From IMG/VR virus record IMGVR_UViG_3300036766_002289, positions 326,040 through 390,039 of that record: DNA of 64,000 nucleotides, one strand, 5' to 3'. This document shows, piece by piece, positions 28,610 to 38,265 of this stretch; within the stretch, counting starts at the first letter, position 1; each line of letters starts with the position of its first letter. A program made the translations under genes and the position numbers. The notes under the pieces were generated by a model, which was not told the origin of the DNA, searched no databases, and saw only the letters and a program-made list of their open reading frames with translations.

Positions 28610-28918
28610 ATGGCAGTACCTTTATTTGAATATATATCTATAAAAAACAAGTATTGTATTGGTTATTTTGGCAGTGACAAATCTTTGATCTCTGACCTAT
28701 TAAAAGCAAGAAAGGTTATAGAAAAAGATTTCCCTGGTTTACAGGTATACATCGCTTGCAAAGACGAGATGCTTGATTTAGTCAAGGGAGTTAAAAACAT
28801 AATTTTGGAATCAGTAATGTCTAGTTTTACTGGCAAAGTTGCATATTTACGTATTTTGGAAGAAAAAGGTGACTTAATTAAGATTTTAGAAGAGTCAAAT
28901 ATTAAAGTAGATGCATAG
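28610..28918 (+). CDS. Hypothetical protein
   Basis: 102-aa ORF co-oriented with neighbours. Confidence 0.6.
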   Translation: MAVPLFEYISIKNKYCIGYFGSDKSLISDLLKARKVIEKDFPGLQVYIACKDEMLDLVKGVKNIILESVMSSFTGKVAYLRILEEKGDLIKILEESNIKVDA

Positions 28919-28964
28919 ATACACTCTAGACAGATAGACCCACATAACAAGGAGTCAGTTTAAA

Positions 28965-29570
28965 ATGAGTGTATTTAAAGTAAAATTACAGAACCCACCA
29001 TGCCAGGGTAACTTGGACCTTGATCCAACGGGTGCTAATTCACAAACAAACTTTTTGGGCAATCCGTTCGTTGTAAGTAAGCAGCGTACAATGTTTTGCA
29101 CAGGCCCAAATTTAATTTACCGTGAACTAAATGACGGAGACGTTTTCACAGATTGTAACTATTGGCTAAGATTTAACGTAGCAGACGACCCATGCCACGG
29201 TTTTATCGAAGTATTGTTCAATGACGGTAGCATCTTCTCAGATGTTGCTTCGGAAAATACTTTCCCAACTATTTACTCACCTTACAACGTCCTTACAACA
29301 GATACGTTCGCTACTAACTCCATCGACATTCTTGGTGGACTTGGCGGTGCAGCCATCTTCGTAGAAATGACGAACAATGGTACCATTGCAAATCAGGACA
29401 TTAAGGTACAGCTAAACGGTTCTTCAAGCGCAGTAATGACTCTAGCACATGGAGCCACCCAGATATTCAATGCTGGCGACCTCTCCATTACTAAGCTCGC
29501 CTTCTTAGGCGGTGTAGCAAATACTACTCTACAGATCATCTTGTCTGTAAACGTTGTATGCAACAGCTAA
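28965..29570 (+). CDS. Putative virion structural/decoration protein
   Basis: SD AAGGAG, Gly/Asn/Thr-rich beta composition, followed by a strong terminator as for highly expressed genes. Confidence 0.5.
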   Translation: MSVFKVKLQNPPCQGNLDLDPTGANSQTNFLGNPFVVSKQRTMFCTGPNLIYRELNDGDVFTDCNYWLRFNVADDPCHGFIEVLFNDGSIFSDVASENTFPTIYSPYNVLTTDTFATNSIDILGGLGGAAIFVEMTNNGTIANQDIKVQLNGSSSAVMTLAHGATQIFNAGDLSITKLAFLGGVANTTLQIILSVNVVCNS

Positions 29571-29589
29571 TATAAAACGCAATTACAGC

Positions 29590-29628
29590 AAACCCAAGCT
29601 ATGAAAAATAGCTTGGGTTTTATTTTTT
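29590..29628 (+). terminator. Rho-independent terminator
   Basis: AAACCCAAGCTAT-GAAAA-ATAGCTTGGGTTT then TATTTTTT. Confidence 0.85.
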
Positions 29629-29644
29629 GACACTCATTTAAATC

Positions 29645-30643
29645 ATGTTCAAAATAAAAAAGCCACCTAAAAACGATGGCAAAATGTCTATAAAAGAATT
29701 CTACGGGAAAAGAAATAAAGTCTTGTTGATTAGAAATGCAAGAGGTATAGGAGATATTCTCAACTGTAGAATGCTATTCAAAGCTTTCAAAGACATGATG
29801 CCAGAAGTATATCTGGTATTCGCGTGCTTCAAAGAGTATAAAAGCCTAGTACAGGATCATCCTTATATAGATGAAGTTGTTGATGTAAGAACTGTAGTAA
29901 AAGAAGACTACCTAATATCTTATGACATAAGCACTTGCTGCATATATCATGAGTCTCTGAAAGCAACCAAAAACGAGACACATAGAGCAGATATTTGGGC
30001 TGAACACTGTGGTTTAACTATTGAAGAACATGACATGTTTTTACCATATATAGACCCAGAAATACTCTCATGTGGACATATCAGAATACAACAACTTAAA
30101 AAAACTAGTTTATCAAGCAATAGGCATGGCCCTACTGTGCTGCTATGTACTAAGGCACATGACGTGCAAAGGTCGCTTACGCAAAGCCAAACTGTAGCTT
30201 TAGTAGAAATATTGAGACGAAAAGGTTTATTTGTATATTCGACTCACATCTCAGATTTACCATTACTCGAAAGCTTGGGAGTACCAGTTTTAAAAGATGC
30301 ATCTCTTGAAGAATGGATGAGTTACATTCATGCTGCGGACTATGTTGTTACGGTTGATACGGGGACTTTTCATTATGCGGGCGGAATTAAGAAACCATTA
30401 ATGGGTATTTTTACTCACGTAGACGGCAAATTAAGAGGTAAATATTATGATTTTGTCCTAGTACAAAAGCATAGAGATAATGGTAATTGGCCATGTGGTC
30501 CATGCTATACTTTCATCAATTGCACCAATCCAAGGTGTAAAGACCCCAACTCTCTACATGAGTTAAAACCCTGCTTGACTGAGATAACTGTGGAAGAAAT
30601 GGAAAAAGGAGTAGATAAAATGTTGCAAGTATGGCCTATATAA
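29645..30643 (+). CDS. GT9 (ADP-heptose:LPS heptosyltransferase-like) glycosyltransferase
   Basis: RGIGDIL...HPYIDEV...IHAADYVVTVDTGTFHYAGGIKKP..GIF. Confidence 0.9.
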   Translation: MFKIKKPPKNDGKMSIKEFYGKRNKVLLIRNARGIGDILNCRMLFKAFKDMMPEVYLVFACFKEYKSLVQDHPYIDEVVDVRTVVKEDYLISYDISTCCIYHESLKATKNETHRADIWAEHCGLTIEEHDMFLPYIDPEILSCGHIRIQQLKKTSLSSNRHGPTVLLCTKAHDVQRSLTQSQTVALVEILRRKGLFVYSTHISDLPLLESLGVPVLKDASLEEWMSYIHAADYVVTVDTGTFHYAGGIKKPLMGIFTHVDGKLRGKYYDFVLVQKHRDNGNWPCGPCYTFINCTNPRCKDPNSLHELKPCLTEITVEEMEKGVDKMLQVWPI

Positions 30644-30647
30644 GGAG

Positions 30648-30866
30648 ATGGGAAGTTTAATAACACCAACAAAGATAAATGTAATCACCAAAGAAGGTGA
30701 GTGTAAATTACATATTGTTATAGATTTAAACATAAATCTAAACACGACCAATGTTAGTATCAATTCAAGGCAAGCTGCTACTCCAGAGGTTCAGGAAGAA
30801 AAAACAACATGGGAAATTCCATCATTTAAATCTGTGGAAAAGGTGAAATTCGGAAATAAGGAGTAA
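30648..30866 (+). CDS. Small hypothetical protein
   Basis: 72-aa ORF between GT9 and the actin-like gene. Confidence 0.6.
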   Translation: MGSLITPTKINVITKEGECKLHIVIDLNINLNTTNVSINSRQAATPEVQEEKTTWEIPSFKSVEKVKFGNKE

Positions 30867-30868
30867 TT

Positions 30869-31885
30869 ATGCCAATCGGTGCAGATATAGGTACCTACAA
30901 TCTTGTAATGTGTACTAGAAATAAAGACGGCGGTTATATTTATGACCGAGAAGTAAACGCATTCCTTGAAATAGCACTAGAAGACCGCATGGTTCTAGAA
31001 ATGATGCGCACTTGCGACGACCCCGTACCCGTTATAGAAAGAGCAACCAAAGCTTACGCTCTTGGAGAAAAAGCGGTTCGTATGGCTTATACGTTATCAC
31101 AACTTGAACTTAAAAGACCTATGAAAGATGGTTGTGTCAATCCAAAAGAAAAAGATGCCTATGAAGTCATGAATATGATGTTACACAGTCTTCTTGAAGG
31201 TAATGTCAAAACCGATAAAGATGTTATTTACTATAGTGTTCCTGCAAATGCTTTGAATGAAGAAACAGACGCTGATTATCATTCTAAAATGTTGGCATCT
31301 ATGTTGGAAGCATATAAGTCAGATGAAGGATTTACAGTAACACCATTTCCTATTAATGAAGGATTAGCCCTTGTTTACGCAGAACTTAAATCTAACAACT
31401 ATACTGGTATCGGGATAAGTTTCGGTGCTGGAATGGTCAATTTATGCTTTGCAATGTTCGGTGTTCCTGTATTTCAGTTTGCACTAGTAAATTCAGGAGA
31501 CTGGATAGATAAAATGGCCGCGAAAGCAACTGGAGAAGGTATAACTTTTATTAACCAAGAAAAAACCAAGATGAATTTGTCAAAAGAACCAAAAGACTTG
31601 GTAGAACGTGCAATACAAACTCAATACAAAATAATGATAGAAAAAACAGTAAATGGAATCAAAAAGGGGTTAGGAGAAAGTGGCAAAAAGGCGCGCTCAG
31701 ACAAGCCTATTGACATAGTGATTGCAGGCGGCACATCAATTCCTATTGGATTCGATGTACTTTTCAGAGATGTAGTCCAGCAAGCAAACTTGCCTATTAG
31801 TGTTGGGTCTATAGTAAGGCCCAATGACCCGCTATACAGTGTGAGTCGTGGCTGTTTAATAGCAGCTGAAAACTCATTGAAATAA
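30869..31885 (+). CDS. Actin-fold ATPase (MreB/ParM/FtsA superfamily)
   Basis: Phosphate1 IGADIGT, connect1 INEGLA, phosphate2 ISFGAGMVN, adenosine IVIAGGTS, connect2 DPLYSVSRG. Confidence 0.85.
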   Translation: MPIGADIGTYNLVMCTRNKDGGYIYDREVNAFLEIALEDRMVLEMMRTCDDPVPVIERATKAYALGEKAVRMAYTLSQLELKRPMKDGCVNPKEKDAYEVMNMMLHSLLEGNVKTDKDVIYYSVPANALNEETDADYHSKMLASMLEAYKSDEGFTVTPFPINEGLALVYAELKSNNYTGIGISFGAGMVNLCFAMFGVPVFQFALVNSGDWIDKMAAKATGEGITFINQEKTKMNLSKEPKDLVERAIQTQYKIMIEKTVNGIKKGLGESGKKARSDKPIDIVIAGGTSIPIGFDVLFRDVVQQANLPISVGSIVRPNDPLYSVSRGCLIAAENSLK

Positions 31886-31912
31886 GTATTTTGTTAATTA
31901 GAAAGGACAAAA

Positions 31913-32665
31913 ATGTTTAATGATGGATTGGAACAGGAAGCCCCTGAAGTAGTTGTTTTATACGGACAAAGTGTTGAAGAAGTAAAAGAACTTCTTAAAG
32001 ATGATAGGTTGTATGCTAATAAGAAAAAAGATGATTTGAAATACATTAAATCCTTCATAAAAGAAGAAGAGACTAAGAAGGCTTATAAGCCTTGTGAATC
32101 CTTTGTGGAAGATATGTCTCCCTCAATTCGGCCAGATAAAACTCGATCAGATGATAAAATTGACCCAATTCGGCCAGATTACATAAGTGAATCTTTTATG
32201 CAAAAAGAGGTAAATCAAGCTAAGGAATGCATCGCCAAAGCGGCTAAGGCTAAATTAATGTTTGAGGACGCACCGAACGTAGACGAAAGCTTTGTGAACC
32301 TTGAGAGATTAAGAAAGACAGAGATTAAAAAGGATTTTACTCTTTTCAATACCTGGCGAAGATTAGCCAGCGTCGGAGAAACCTGCATTGACGAACATAA
32401 TTGTTTGCCAGATGATTTAAGCCCAACTCAGGAACTCATGGATTATATGATCCACAAAATCAATAAAGAGTTTCCTGATCTGAAGGCAGTTTGGGAAGAA
32501 GGCAGATGGAACCCATGCTTGTTAATTAATGGATGTATGACTCATATATCCATGTCTAAATTAACTTTTGCCTATAATGGTTTAAAAAACGTTGTAGACG
32601 ATTTAAACGCACAAAAGATAATCTGCGATATTATTTTGAAAAAGCTTGAAGTGTTATTCGTTTAA
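31913..32665 (+). CDS. Hypothetical protein
   Basis: SD AAAGGA. Internal 14-nt direct repeat (IRPD x2) at 32124 and 32166. Confidence 0.65.
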   Translation: MFNDGLEQEAPEVVVLYGQSVEEVKELLKDDRLYANKKKDDLKYIKSFIKEEETKKAYKPCESFVEDMSPSIRPDKTRSDDKIDPIRPDYISESFMQKEVNQAKECIAKAAKAKLMFEDAPNVDESFVNLERLRKTEIKKDFTLFNTWRRLASVGETCIDEHNCLPDDLSPTQELMDYMIHKINKEFPDLKAVWEEGRWNPCLLINGCMTHISMSKLTFAYNGLKNVVDDLNAQKIICDIILKKLEVLFV

Positions 32666-32679
32666 TATAAGTTATTTAA

Positions 32680-32709
32680 GCACTTAGGGTTAGCAATAGC
32701 CCTAAGTGC
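32680..32709. other. 13-bp hairpin with GCAA tetraloop
   Basis: GCACTTAGGGTTA-GCAA-TAGCCCTAAGTGC, no U-tract on the + strand. Confidence 0.7.
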
Positions 32710-32730
32710 GTATCGAATGAAAGGAATAGA

Positions 32731-32961
32731 ATGATAAAATATGTGAATGACCTTGGTGCCGCTGCTTACATTATGATGCATAAGTATAAAGTATTAGGCA
32801 AGAAAGGGAAGGCTGTTTGTTTTGAAATAGAAGATAAACAGGAAGAAATGGAAGAATTCGAAAAGCTTTACAGGGATTACCTGAATAGTGAGTTCCATCG
32901 TTTTGATTCATGCTTAATGTCTTTGAAGAAAATTAATGAAATAGCGCAGGATTACAACTAA
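32731..32961 (+). CDS. Small phage protein (DUF5659-like)
   Basis: YVNDLGAAAYIM pattern, SD AAAGGA. Confidence 0.5.
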   Translation: MIKYVNDLGAAAYIMMHKYKVLGKKGKAVCFEIEDKQEEMEEFEKLYRDYLNSEFHRFDSCLMSLKKINEIAQDYN

Positions 32962-32969
32962 ATAGTTGT

Positions 32970-34691
32970 ATGGATATCTGGACAAAGATAAAGCAAAACA
33001 TATACGCAGAGAAGTTGAATGAGGTAGACAACTTGTTTGACTCTTTGAAGTCTCGTTCCTCTTGGAGTGCCAACCTACAATCTTGGGCTTATAAGCAAAG
33101 AACTGACAAATACGAATCTCTAGGTTTAAGTCTATCAGAATATAATGAAGTAAAGACCAATTTCAAAGAACTTAATGAAGGCAGAGAAGAGTTCAAAAGA
33201 TACTACAAAATTCTATTAGACCAAAAAGAAGAAAATTTAAAACTAGAAGTAGTTGCAGAATTAGTGGAAGATAAAAAGGTTCCACTAGACATATTTACGG
33301 AATGGTACCTAGAAAATAAGCATTTGGACCCACAACAATTCCAGGAAACTCTTGGGGAATTCTGGGGTGATGTTTGGAAAGGTGCCAAACGTGGTGCAGC
33401 GGCAGGCGCTTTAGGTGGTGCAGCAGCTGGCACTTTAGGCGGCGCAGCTGGAACCTTTGCTGGTGCTGGTATAGGTGGCTTGGCGGGTGGTATAGGTGGC
33501 GGAATTTATGGCGCAGGAAAGCATATTTTTGGCTCAAAAGATAACTCAGACGGAAATTATGATGGGGGTGGTAGTTGGAGGGGTGCAGGTAAACATCTTT
33601 TAAATAAAGTTTGGGATTGGCGTAAGAATCATGTTGAATTTGAAAAGACTAAAAAAGAAGCATATGAAATACTTAAAAAGTTGAAATTACATGCGGACAA
33701 ATTTGAATTAGACCCTAACTTTGTTCAATTATTAGACACCATGCTTCAAAAACTTGGTGGAGTTAAAGCATATAAACTTAAGCAGCCTGAGCAACCTGCC
33801 CAACAAGTTCAACAGTCTACACAAGCTCAGCCTACTGCTCAGGAACCGCAAACCACGGGCAATAGTTTCCAAGTGTCAGCACCAACTGGCGGAACTCAAT
33901 CGGTAGCTTCGCCACCTACTAATATAATGCATCAAGGTAATACAGGAACCATTCCAGGCTCTCATATAGCAGATGTTGGCACAGGAGTAGGAATGCATGA
34001 TCTGCCTGGTGGTGGTAAGCCAGAAAGAAAAAAAAGAAATAAGAAACCTTTAGAGACCGAACCACAACCAACTGCTGTTGATATAGAGGAAGAAAAGCCA
34101 ATAAATTCCAAAGAAGACGTAATTGCTTACCTCCATAAGCCTGGTCTAGATGAGAAGGAACTAAATAATAGACTAGTTAAGCTTGGCTTAGCTTTAAACA
34201 TAATTGGCGATCCTGATGACTACAAAGATATAGATTTTGAATTATTAAGACACGGATTGATGCATGATGTTTCTAACATACCGAATGAAGAAAAAGAGCA
34301 TTATCGAGAAAAAGCGTTGGCCTATCAGAATTATTTGGCGAAGAGTAGTGCAGTTCCAGCTGAGCCTGAAAATAAACCTATACCAAATCAGCCTGCAAAA
34401 CAATATGTTGCGGAAGAAGACCCTGCAAGTATGCCTAAGCCAAAATTTAAAGAATATCTAAAAAGCAAAGGTATGTGGCAGGATGACATGCTTAGTCATA
34501 TAGGTGGAAGTGGAAGTGATAAGAGATTACAATTTATTGCTGACAACGGGGTTACGGAGTCCTTGGTAAACAAATACAAAGCTCTCCTTAAACAGGATGC
34601 TAGACCAGTATTTGTAGAACATAAAATTGGTTCTTTAACTTTCCAGGATAGAATCCATTTTTATAAGGAAGCATTAAGGGGTAGGCTTTAA
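32970..34691 (+). CDS. Glycine-zipper-containing protein, possible internal/ejected virion protein
   Basis: GAKRGAAAGALGGAAAGTLGGAAGTFAGAGIGGLAGGIGGG, TAAATA 5 nt before ATG. Confidence 0.5.
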   Translation: MDIWTKIKQNIYAEKLNEVDNLFDSLKSRSSWSANLQSWAYKQRTDKYESLGLSLSEYNEVKTNFKELNEGREEFKRYYKILLDQKEENLKLEVVAELVEDKKVPLDIFTEWYLENKHLDPQQFQETLGEFWGDVWKGAKRGAAAGALGGAAAGTLGGAAGTFAGAGIGGLAGGIGGGIYGAGKHIFGSKDNSDGNYDGGGSWRGAGKHLLNKVWDWRKNHVEFEKTKKEAYEILKKLKLHADKFELDPNFVQLLDTMLQKLGGVKAYKLKQPEQPAQQVQQSTQAQPTAQEPQTTGNSFQVSAPTGGTQSVASPPTNIMHQGNTGTIPGSHIADVGTGVGMHDLPGGGKPERKKRNKKPLETEPQPTAVDIEEEKPINSKEDVIAYLHKPGLDEKELNNRLVKLGLALNIIGDPDDYKDIDFELLRHGLMHDVSNIPNEEKEHYREKALAYQNYLAKSSAVPAEPENKPIPNQPAKQYVAEEDPASMPKPKFKEYLKSKGMWQDDMLSHIGGSGSDKRLQFIADNGVTESLVNKYKALLKQDARPVFVEHKIGSLTFQDRIHFYKEALRGRL

Positions 34692-35057
34692 CATAGCTTC
34701 TTTAGCTTGTTTGGCTATTTCAGCCAGCGCCGTTGGGTTAATGAAAGTTGCCCCAGGTGAAAGTGTTCTTTTAGCAGATGTAATCGGCTTTTCTTTACGA
34801 TATTCATCTATAATTTTTTTCTGCTCAGGATTATCTTCAAAAAGAACTTGTTCTTCTGAAATAGAAACTACGTATGGGAAAAGAATGTAATTTTTACATT
34901 TGGTAAGTGGATGGTGCATTAGAATACCGTGGTCATCAATTTCTTCTATGATGCCCGAGAAATAATCCAACATTTGTTCCACATTGTATCTAAAATTAAT
35001 CTGAATAGTGGTAATAGTGCAGACTTTGCCAACAAAATACTTCAAATATTCTTTCAT
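34674..35057 (-). CDS. Hypothetical protein, Sm/LSm-like fold possible
   Basis: FVGKVCTI...FSGIIEEIDDHGI...YI...VVSI. Confidence 0.45.
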   Translation of the reverse strand: MKEYLKYFVGKVCTITTIQINFRYNVEQMLDYFSGIIEEIDDHGILMHHPLTKCKNYILFPYVVSISEEQVLFEDNPEQKKIIDEYRKEKPITSAKRTLSPGATFINPTALAEIAKQAKEAMLKPTP

Positions 35058-35087
35058 ATTTTAATGATAGTAAGATAAATAATTATT

Positions 35088-35414
35088 ATGCCAGGAAAAG
35101 ATAATAAAGCCTATAAAGGATGGAGAGGAACAATTAAAGCTGCTTTGGATCATCATCCAGACAAATTTAGTAAAGAGGCTTGTAAGAAAAAAGGCACAGG
35201 CAAATTGTGTCCGTATGCAGTTTTCACAAAAAAGAAAGAAGAAGGCGACACACCCCATTACAAAGAACAGCCCCACACTACGAGTGGAACTCCACATAAG
35301 AAGAAAGAATTTGCCGAATACGTCTCACAAAGAGATGCAGAAATGTTAGAAGAAGGTAAAAAGAAGAAAAAAATGTCAGTTTCTTCCTTGAATGCAACCT
35401 TTGATATACCTTAA
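35088..35414 (+). CDS. Small Lys-rich basic protein
   Basis: Lys-rich 108 aa, TAAATA at 35076. Confidence 0.55.
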   Translation: MPGKDNKAYKGWRGTIKAALDHHPDKFSKEACKKKGTGKLCPYAVFTKKKEEGDTPHYKEQPHTTSGTPHKKKEFAEYVSQRDAEMLEEGKKKKKMSVSSLNATFDIP

Positions 35415-36412
35415 AGAAAAATATTAGTAAAATCATCAAACTGTTTTTCATTGGCAGTAATATAAGCCCTTATTATTTCTGATTTGAACATAACCAGCAT
35501 TTTATTCCAATCCTTAATTCCTTGTGGTGGACGAACATAGGTTATATCTGATACTTGATTTGCCATTAAGTTATCTGCCATTGCTTTTACACCCTGTAAA
35601 CCTGATGGGTCTTCATCTAATGCAAGACACACTTTATAGTCTCTAATTAGTTGTATCTGATTTTCAGAAAGATATTTGCCGCCACACGCCATACCATTAT
35701 AGCCACAAAAACATAGTGTTATTGCATCAAATTCACCTTCAGTAAGGTATATTTTAGAACTTTTAATTGGCCATTTTGGTGCAAAAATTACATCACCTTT
35801 ACCAACACCAATAGTCTTATCTGGACCAAGATATCTCAATCCTTTGTTTGCGAGACTTCTACCATTGAAATAAATGAGGTTCCCTTTTGGGTCATAATAA
35901 GGAATTATAATCCTATTTTTATAATCGCCTTCTGTGCAAATGTATAAACCAGTAGTAGACAATTTTCTTGTTGCTAAATATCTTTCTGCTTCTAGTCGCG
36001 TAGCATTCCCTTTTGGCAAAAAGTCTATCATAAAACTTCCTATTGGAAGTCTCATTTTACTTAGGTCTAAACCATCAGACTCCACTATAAATTCTTTTTC
36101 TTTGAAAAACTCTTCTAACTTCTGCTCTAAATCACCTATCAGAGTTTGACCAGATAGAATTTCTTTAGCTTCATCATGTGAGCAATTGTCCACTATCATT
36201 ACAAGACCAATAAGGGTTCCTTTCTTATCGGTCTTAAAGCAACGATAGCATCCATCCTGTCTATAATGTTTGCCACCTCTAGGTGAACACCAAAGATGTT
36301 GTCCTTCATCTTCCGTGAATACCGAATTGATCCTTACTTCATGACCTTTGACGATAACTTTGTCAAATTTGTCTTCACACCATCGCACAAAGCTTTCAAA
36401 ATCAATAGCCAT
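35411..36412 (-). CDS. DNA primase (DnaG/Toprim, gp61-like)
   Basis: RIIIPYYD..G.L.YFNGR, YLTEGEFDA, LALDED..G, KDWN. Confidence 0.9.
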   Translation of the reverse strand: MAIDFESFVRWCEDKFDKVIVKGHEVRINSVFTEDEGQHLWCSPRGGKHYRQDGCYRCFKTDKKGTLIGLVMIVDNCSHDEAKEILSGQTLIGDLEQKLEEFFKEKEFIVESDGLDLSKMRLPIGSFMIDFLPKGNATRLEAERYLATRKLSTTGLYICTEGDYKNRIIIPYYDPKGNLIYFNGRSLANKGLRYLGPDKTIGVGKGDVIFAPKWPIKSSKIYLTEGEFDAITLCFCGYNGMACGGKYLSENQIQLIRDYKVCLALDEDPSGLQGVKAMADNLMANQVSDITYVRPPQGIKDWNKMLVMFKSEIIRAYITANEKQFDDFTNIFL

Positions 36413-36413
36413 G

Positions 36414-37019
36414 CTATTTCCTAATAAAGAACTTCCAAACTTCTACCACATCTGGTCCAAATAGTCCAGAAGGAACATCTACATAAGTTCTTAATTCCAT
36501 GTAATTTGACCGACGATAGGACTTCATGTTTTCAATAGACTGAAAACTAATCAACCCGCCAACCTCTTCTACTTGGTCTTGGTATTCTTTGCCATTGTAG
36601 TAAAATCCTGATACTAGACCGTTATTAATGTTATTGCACTCAAACATTTTGTCGTACAATTTGTATTTGTCATCAGTGTGAAGACAACATTCTGTAGAGA
36701 ATAAACTCACAAAAGTATTTGGATAAAATCCATACTCATCTTTTATTTTATCACAGAGCAATTTTCCATTCAGAATTTTATAATCTGCTGTAAATGTGGC
36801 TACATCATCGTAGCCTTGGGGTTCAACATCCATACCAACATATTTAAATTTAACCCCATAATCAGAATATTCACACGTCCCACAGCCTAAATCAACCACG
36901 TACATGCGGCCTGACACAATGCTGCTAAATAGGTGAAACATCCTATTGTGGGCACTTCTTACAATAGGTTCTTTAAGATACTTCAAGTATTTTTCGAAAA
37001 ACTCTTGATTATAACTCAT
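36414..37019 (-). CDS. Class I SAM-dependent methyltransferase
   Basis: VVDLGCGT...YVGMD motif I/II. Confidence 0.75.
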   Translation of the reverse strand: MSYNQEFFEKYLKYLKEPIVRSAHNRMFHLFSSIVSGRMYVVDLGCGTCEYSDYGVKFKYVGMDVEPQGYDDVATFTADYKILNGKLLCDKIKDEYGFYPNTFVSLFSTECCLHTDDKYKLYDKMFECNNINNGLVSGFYYNGKEYQDQVEEVGGLISFQSIENMKSYRRSNYMELRTYVDVPSGLFGPDVVEVWKFFIRK

Positions 37020-37074
37020 TTTTTCCTCTATCTTTTTCTTTTAGTTTCAGGATAATATCACAAAAGGACTGATT

Positions 37075-37836
37075 ATGAAAATTAATTACATTAGTGTATC
37101 AAGGTTACAAACCTACCAAACTTGTCCGCAACAATATAAGTACAAATACCACTTGGAGTTAGCTCCATTAGGAGAAGAACCTCTTTACTTTGCTTATGGT
37201 TCAATTATACACAAAATTGCAGAAGAATACATAGTGAATAAGGGGGAAATGCCAATCAATGAAATCGCAAATGATGTATTAAGCGGTAAAATTGACCTTG
37301 GAAAAGATAAGAAAGTTCCAAAGTTAACTACAGAATACAAAAACAAAATGCCAGAGCATCTCAGAGCAATCAAGAAAATCAGCGATCAAATCGGCTATGA
37401 AGGTTTCACTGAATACGAATTTTTAGTTGATTTAGACCCACCAAATCAGAAGATGGCTAAAGGATTTATTGACCGCCTTATCCAAAAGGATGATAAATTC
37501 TGGATTTTAGATTACAAAACTACAAAAAAAGGTATGTGGCGTAAAAATGCCAAAACCATATCCAATGATCTCCAATTAAGAACATATGCCAGAATAGTTC
37601 AAAGAGAATTTGGTGCTGAAGCACATAATATCAAAACTGGACTCTATTATCTAGAGGGCGCAGAGTTATTAGGTGCTTGTTTTACCGAACAATCATTGGA
37701 AAACGTAGAAATAGAGTTGATTAAGTACCACGATGAAATCAGTAATGCTGATCCTAATAACGTTTTCGGTAATGTTGGTCCACATTGCTCAAGATGCGAT
37801 TACAAGAAAGTTTGTCCATTTTACTCGGTGACGTAA
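37075..37836 (+). CDS. Cas4/RecB-like PD-(D/E)XK exonuclease with Fe-S staple
   Basis: SVSRL..Y..CP, GFIDRL, ILDYKT, QLRTY, C-terminal CSRCDYKKVCP. Confidence 0.9.
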   Translation: MKINYISVSRLQTYQTCPQQYKYKYHLELAPLGEEPLYFAYGSIIHKIAEEYIVNKGEMPINEIANDVLSGKIDLGKDKKVPKLTTEYKNKMPEHLRAIKKISDQIGYEGFTEYEFLVDLDPPNQKMAKGFIDRLIQKDDKFWILDYKTTKKGMWRKNAKTISNDLQLRTYARIVQREFGAEAHNIKTGLYYLEGAELLGACFTEQSLENVEIELIKYHDEISNADPNNVFGNVGPHCSRCDYKKVCPFYSVT

Positions 37837-38258
37837 TGAATTTAACACTAACAATATCCCATAACATCTATTTGAATTCGGAGCAAAGATATGCACTACA
37901 CATAGGTAAAGAAATTGAAGTCGTAGGCGTTAGCACACCAGTCTGGGTTTATAAAAAAACTTCCGAACCTGCTAATGAAATATTCTGTAAATATAAGATA
38001 ACGCCTACAGATCACCAGTTATTTATAAAACACAATGCAAGAGGTTATGATATTTTTTTACCAAAACATCAGCATAACCCCGATGAAAAAAGAAATAATC
38101 CTACGGTGATTAGCAATATTCTAGATTTCAAAGATGGTGGAGTGGAGTGGCTCGCATTCAGGCAATACAATGAAGTTAGAAAAAATAAGAGAGATATTAT
38201 GATCGCTCAATTCATAGCAATAAAAGATATGGAAGAATTAATTCAAACCCTGTCATAA
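37836..38258 (+). CDS. Hypothetical protein
   Basis: ATG overlaps the upstream TAA (track start 37785). Confidence 0.6.
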   Translation: MNLTLTISHNIYLNSEQRYALHIGKEIEVVGVSTPVWVYKKTSEPANEIFCKYKITPTDHQLFIKHNARGYDIFLPKHQHNPDEKRNNPTVISNILDFKDGGVEWLAFRQYNEVRKNKRDIMIAQFIAIKDMEELIQTLS

Positions 38259-38265
38259 ATAAAAT

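Noticed and set aside
32124-32179. 14-nt direct repeat CAATTCGGCCAGAT
   Set aside because: Short in-frame duplication within a hypothetical gene, with no evidence of an insertion element
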